From NCBI GenBank assembly GCA_965601565.1, contig CBFCWG010000003.1, positions 21,935-85,934 of the forward strand: a DNA stretch of 64,000 bases, given 5' to 3'. The position numbers and the translations under genes were made by a program. This document shows, one piece after another, positions 60,151-64,000 of the stretch. The stretch comes from an uncultured bacterium (GTDB lineage Bacteria; Bacillota_I; Bacilli_A; Izemoplasmatales; Izemoplasmataceae). Within the stretch, counting starts at the first letter, position 1, and every line of letters starts with the position of its first letter. The notes beneath the pieces were generated by a model. It ran no database searches. It was not told the origin of the DNA and worked only from the letters and a program-made list of their open reading frames with translations.

Positions 60151-60687
60151 TTATACTTTTGCCAAAAAGTTGGAAATAATTGAGAAAGAATCAACTCCAG
60201 CCGGATTATTACTCTTGTAATCAAAGCACTTTCCATTATCAATCAAATCCGACAAATCAAGTAATGAACACCAAATACAAGAATCCACTTCTCTTTTGTC
60301 AATGGTAATATCTTTAAGAGAAATCTCCCTAAATGCTATATACTCATCGAAAATCGACTCACTATCATTAAATGTTCGAAGCAATGTTAAATCATCTTCT
60401 TTAAACATAATCCCAATTTCTTCTTTCAACTCTCTGATTATTGAATCCTTTGATGACTCTCCAGATTGTACTCGACCACCATGGTTTGCATAAACTAAAG
60501 GATAGGTCTTATTAGCTGCTCGTTTTTGCATCAGAAGCTCACCTTTTGAGTTGTAAATCCAAGAAACAGTAACTAAGTTATATTCACCATCTCGAAGTTC
60601 ATTTGAGCTTTTAATTGTTCTCCTGTTCTTAATCTTGTTTTTATGGATATCATATACATCCCACTTTTCCATTAGAAATTCCTTCAT
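60151..60687 (-). CDS. NUDIX hydrolase
   Basis: GGRVQSGESSKDSIIRELKEEIG Nudix box. Confidence 0.88.
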   Translation of the reverse strand: MKEFLMEKWDVYDIHKNKIKNRRTIKSSNELRDGEYNLVTVSWIYNSKGELLMQKRAANKTYPLVYANHGGRVQSGESSKDSIIRELKEEIGIMFKEDDLTLLRTFNDSESIFDEYIAFREISLKDITIDKREVDSCIWCSLLDLSDLIDNGKCFDYKSNNPAGVDSFSIISNFLAKV

Positions 60688-60718
60688 ATTACCACCATCC
60701 TAATAGTATCTTATCATA

Positions 60719-61543
60719 TTATAACTTAAACACTTTTTCAGCTGTCTTAGATAGAAGATTAAACAACTTTTCTTCTGAACATGAACATTGTGTAACCATA
60801 GAAACATGATCACTAATATCTAAAGTACCAAAATCAGATCCAAACATAACTTTATCAGGTACTAGGTCTAAAACTTTATTTAGGATTTCAACCGCTTTAT
60901 CCATATCAGGAAAAACACCGGGGTACTTTGATTCGTATTCTTCACTAGCAACAAACGATGATACATCATAATATACATTACTCTGTTTCATAGTCGTTCT
61001 AATAGATTTCAGTACTCTTCCCATCCATATATGACAGCAAACGATATTTAATTTAGCATATCTTTCAGCAATTTGCTTAATATAAAATGGATGAGAATAC
61101 TGTGGATAGTAATCGTCATTCCACTCTGTATGTACTAACAAAGGTACATCATACTTAATGCAAACCTCGAAGATATCTCTTAATCTAATATCATTCATTG
61201 AGAAATCTTCATGTCCGGGATACAGTTTGACACCAACTACCTTTCCTTCAACTAGTAATTGAATTAGTTGGTTCATTTGTTCATCATATCTTTGTAATGG
61301 TGAAAATCCATAAACCATTGATAATTTTGAATCCTTCTCTACAATTTCTAAACATTGATCATTGTTGCCTATACTCGATTCAATCTCACTATCGGCAATC
61401 AGTATTCCATGATCTATCTGATTTTCTTTCATTTGCCTCTTAAGATACTCATACTTCTCATTGATAGTTTTAAATCTATCTTCCCATGGTAAATGAAGAT
61501 GAGCATCAATTATTTTATAGTTTTTATCTTTTTTTCTTAACAC
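60719..61543 (-). CDS. Amidohydrolase 2 family protein
   Basis: IDAHLH, VKLYP, VHT, CCH, FGSDF. Confidence 0.85.
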   Translation of the reverse strand: MLRKKDKNYKIIDAHLHLPWEDRFKTINEKYEYLKRQMKENQIDHGILIADSEIESSIGNNDQCLEIVEKDSKLSMVYGFSPLQRYDEQMNQLIQLLVEGKVVGVKLYPGHEDFSMNDIRLRDIFEVCIKYDVPLLVHTEWNDDYYPQYSHPFYIKQIAERYAKLNIVCCHIWMGRVLKSIRTTMKQSNVYYDVSSFVASEEYESKYPGVFPDMDKAVEILNKVLDLVPDKVMFGSDFGTLDISDHVSMVTQCSCSEEKLFNLLSKTAEKVFKL

Positions 61544-61729
61544 ATTTATCTCCTTATCTTATTGTTTTTGAAACCTTCTTTGTTCTAAATTAGTTTTTGT
61601 TTTCATATTATCATCCCCCTTTTCAATTATATTCATTATAGCAAACAAAAGAACCTATAACAAATCAATGTTAAAAATTCCAAAATACATTAGTCCGTAA
61701 ATTTAGGCTTTAATTTATTCAAATAATTT

Positions 61730-61787
61730 TTGACATTATATGAAAATATTGATACTATAAAGACATCATAGACTACACGAGTAGTCT
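61730..61787 (+). promoter_or_regulatory. Promoter and palindromic operator of the BlaI-like gene
   Basis: TTGACA (61730-61735), 17 bp, TG-n-TACTAT; AGACTAC-acga-GTAGTCT (61770-61787) just before the RBS. Confidence 0.65.
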
Positions 61788-61802
61788 TTGGAGGTGAAAA
61801 AC

Positions 61803-62738
61803 ATGATAGAATCTATTTCGGCAAGCGATTGGGAGATAATGAGAATCCTTTGGGGAAACCCAAAGATGACATCAGGTGAAGTTCATAAAGAGCTACTTCA
61901 TACCAAAAAATGGAATATAACAACAGTAAAAACATTGATCTCAAGATTACTAAAAAAAGGTTATCTACATGTAGATAAATCCCTAAGGTATCCGCGATAT
62001 TCTTGTGTATTTACAGAAGAAGAATGTATCGAAAACGAGATGAAACACACTATTTATAGAATATACGGAAACACGCTTTTACACGAGTCTGAATACTTCC
62101 AGTTTTTCGGAAATTCAGAAATGGAATATGTATATGAACTAGATTCAATAACTGATTATCACTATAAGACAATTTGTAATAAAATCGGGTATGATATCGG
62201 AAAGAAACAGCAAATCATGATTCATAGAAGTTTACGTAATTTCCATAGTGCAATGGGTAAAGTGGACTCACCTGATTGGTTCAGAATGGGTAAAAATTAT
62301 GGAATGTATCACATTGCCCCAAGCAAATGCTTTGAAGACCATCTATTAGAGCCATTTGTTTCATTCATCCTAGCCTTAGTAACCGTTGATAATTTACATC
62401 ACGGTTTACCCTATTATTTTAAACAAGGGATATCTATATCATTATCTAGTATGAACTTAAGGGATATGATTATATCAAGTATAGATGAGATATTAGAATC
62501 AATAAATGATTTGAGGGTGTTAGATTTAAGTATAGAGGAAGACAAACTAGGAGAATCAAGACAGTTTGAAATCGCATATTTATTCACAACTTACTTAACT
62601 CATTTATTCGGAGAAGATTCGATACTCGACATTCTTCACGATAGAGTAAAACTTTCAAGTTTACTAGTTACAGTTCAGTCCACTTTTGTAGAGGATTGGA
62701 AAAAATTCATAATAGAAAAGTATATAAAGGGAGATTGA
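61803..62738 (+). CDS. BlaI/MecI/CopY family wHTH fused to a peptidase-like domain
   Basis: EIMRILW, W.ITTVKTLISRL.KKG wHTH; C-terminal about 200 aa with LP.YFKQGI. Likely start ATG 61803 after GGAGGTG. Confidence 0.75.
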   Translation: MIESISASDWEIMRILWGNPKMTSGEVHKELLHTKKWNITTVKTLISRLLKKGYLHVDKSLRYPRYSCVFTEEECIENEMKHTIYRIYGNTLLHESEYFQFFGNSEMEYVYELDSITDYHYKTICNKIGYDIGKKQQIMIHRSLRNFHSAMGKVDSPDWFRMGKNYGMYHIAPSKCFEDHLLEPFVSFILALVTVDNLHHGLPYYFKQGISISLSSMNLRDMIISSIDEILESINDLRVLDLSIEEDKLGESRQFEIAYLFTTYLTHLFGEDSILDILHDRVKLSSLLVTVQSTFVEDWKKFIIEKYIKGD

Positions 62739-62740
62739 AA

Positions 62741-64000
62741 ATGAAAAAATATTTGATTATAGTATCGGTATTTTTTGTTACTGTGTTAATAGGTTGTACT
62801 GATACATCAGATTGTGATACAGGATATCATTTGGTTGATAATCAGTGCGCTCTGATTGTTACAAATGACTACACTACACAGATTGAATACTTAGAAACAG
62901 TTTTATCTGAAATCGAATCTAATGATAATTTTACGAACACATGGTTTGAGTCAGAAAAGGAATATTACGTACAGTTTTTTACATCAAGTAATCGATATAA
63001 AATACTGAACACTGATGTTATTGAATACAATGCTCAAGATGTAATTTTTCACGAAGCTAGTATTCGTATAAAATATATAACAGATGCAATCAATAATCTT
63101 ATAGAACTTGCAGAACCAGAAGAAAACACACTTACTAGTTTTGGTAGAAATGAAGTGTTGTACTACATCGAAGATGATACATTATACTTGGAAATTGAAG
63201 ATACAGTTGAAAACTATTTTGGGTATTACCGTGTCAAAAAAAATGATGAAGATAAGCTCTGGTTTGATGCACTAGAGGCATCTAAAGACTCTCCTTTTTT
63301 TGGTGCAACCACAATCTACACTTTGTATGATGAAGGTAACAACTATTATGAAAGAATTATGGTTGATAACAGTGCAAATGCCTATTACTTTGAATACGAC
63401 TATTCTTTCGAAGATAATGTAGTTAAAACCTTCTATACTGCAGCAATGGATACATACAATAGTTATGATATTGGAAGAGCTGAAAGACATTTTGATGATG
63501 ATTATTATGTTGTTTATGGTACTAGTACATATTATGAGCATAAGTATGTTACATTATTTCACAATAACCGTCCTTCCATAAATATTGACAATGTTATTCG
63601 CTCATCAAACGAAACTGGATATACAGTTGCCTGGAACTTACTAGATATTGATGAGTGGGACTACATTGAAAATGATCGTGTTTACTTAGATTGTGGTGAT
63701 TCCTTACAAATTACACCTTTCACATACCTTGAGTTTCCTTACTATGGTCCAGAGTTCACAGTCACACAAAAATTCACAACACTATTTACTAACGAGGAAC
63801 TAGCTAACCCATTAGGAACCTTGGAATACGACATTTACACACTTGAGGATTACGCCATAGCTTCTGCTTTACTTGATGAATTAGCATCACAGTTTGATGT
63901 TACAACTACTACTTATACAGAGTTTGGAGTAACAAAGAATTTTTCAGATGGTTTTCATGATCGTTTTTTACCGTTTATGTCCCAAGAATATCTAGATAAA
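62741..64000 (+). CDS. Hypothetical lipoprotein; runs off the window end
   Basis: ATG 62741, MKKYLIIVSVFFVTVLIGC lipobox; absent from the ORF track, consistent with truncation at the window end. Confidence 0.75.
   Translation, partial: MKKYLIIVSVFFVTVLIGCTDTSDCDTGYHLVDNQCALIVTNDYTTQIEYLETVLSEIESNDNFTNTWFESEKEYYVQFFTSSNRYKILNTDVIEYNAQDVIFHEASIRIKYITDAINNLIELAEPEENTLTSFGRNEVLYYIEDDTLYLEIEDTVENYFGYYRVKKNDEDKLWFDALEASKDSPFFGATTIYTLYDEGNNYYERIMVDNSANAYYFEYDYSFEDNVVKTFYTAAMDTYNSYDIGRAERHFDDDYYVVYGTSTYYEHKYVTLFHNNRPSINIDNVIRSSNETGYTVAWNLLDIDEWDYIENDRVYLDCGDSLQITPFTYLEFPYYGPEFTVTQKFTTLFTNEELANPLGTLEYDIYTLEDYAIASALLDELASQFDVTTTTYTEFGVTKNFSDGFHDRFLPFMSQEYLDK

Noticed and set aside
3499-63541. Short ORF-track entries overlapping longer genes (for example 3499-3717, 5935-6165, 6297-6617, 8854-9309, 15050-15277, 17058-17381, 22909-23250, 28670-29083, 29123-29503, 48474-48833, 56707-57009, 63272-63541)
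   Set aside because: Antisense or out-of-frame shadows of well-supported genes, with no RBS or recognisable motifs
41775-64000. A second cassette array in the gene mosaic of the right half
   Set aside because: Genes have individual, unrelated terminators; I found no shared junction repeat, tRNA anchor or recombinase

Overview
A 64-kb chromosomal segment from a low-GC, Bacilli-derived bacterium using genetic code 11 (TGA is stop). The InlB-repeat lipoproteins, the lone rsmH and the Bacillus-like gene order suggest a wall-less Izemoplasmatales/Acholeplasmatales-type organism; this is inference. The central part (14.1-32.3 kb) is housekeeping: rsmH, rpmF, yceD, tmcAL, Mrp/SalA, MATE, nth-dnaD, rnc-plsX-recG-fakA, rpmB, thiN-rpe-rsgA. 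The right half is a mosaic of small regulators, CPBP/M48 proteases, oxidoreductases, ndk, plsC and a probable 6S RNA. The most unusual feature lies at 2.5-14.1 kb. Directly downstream of the 3' CCA end of one of two identical tandem tRNA-Gly(TCC) genes there is an array of four integrase-free gene cassettes (1117, 4593, 4000 and 1567 bp). They are separated by five copies of a composite junction: an invariant 7-bp core ATGTTGT (minus strand) followed by the tRNA terminator. The four distal copies also carry a pair of 11-bp arm-like direct repeats, and three of them have a core-adjacent palindrome at exactly conserved spacing. The cargo is a Fic protein, three c-di-GMP turnover enzymes, a LytTR/membrane pair and a secreted metallopeptidase pair. 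This looks like an integron-like, tRNA-anchored cassette accretion system driven by a recombinase encoded outside the window. The repeats are seen directly; the mechanism is inference.
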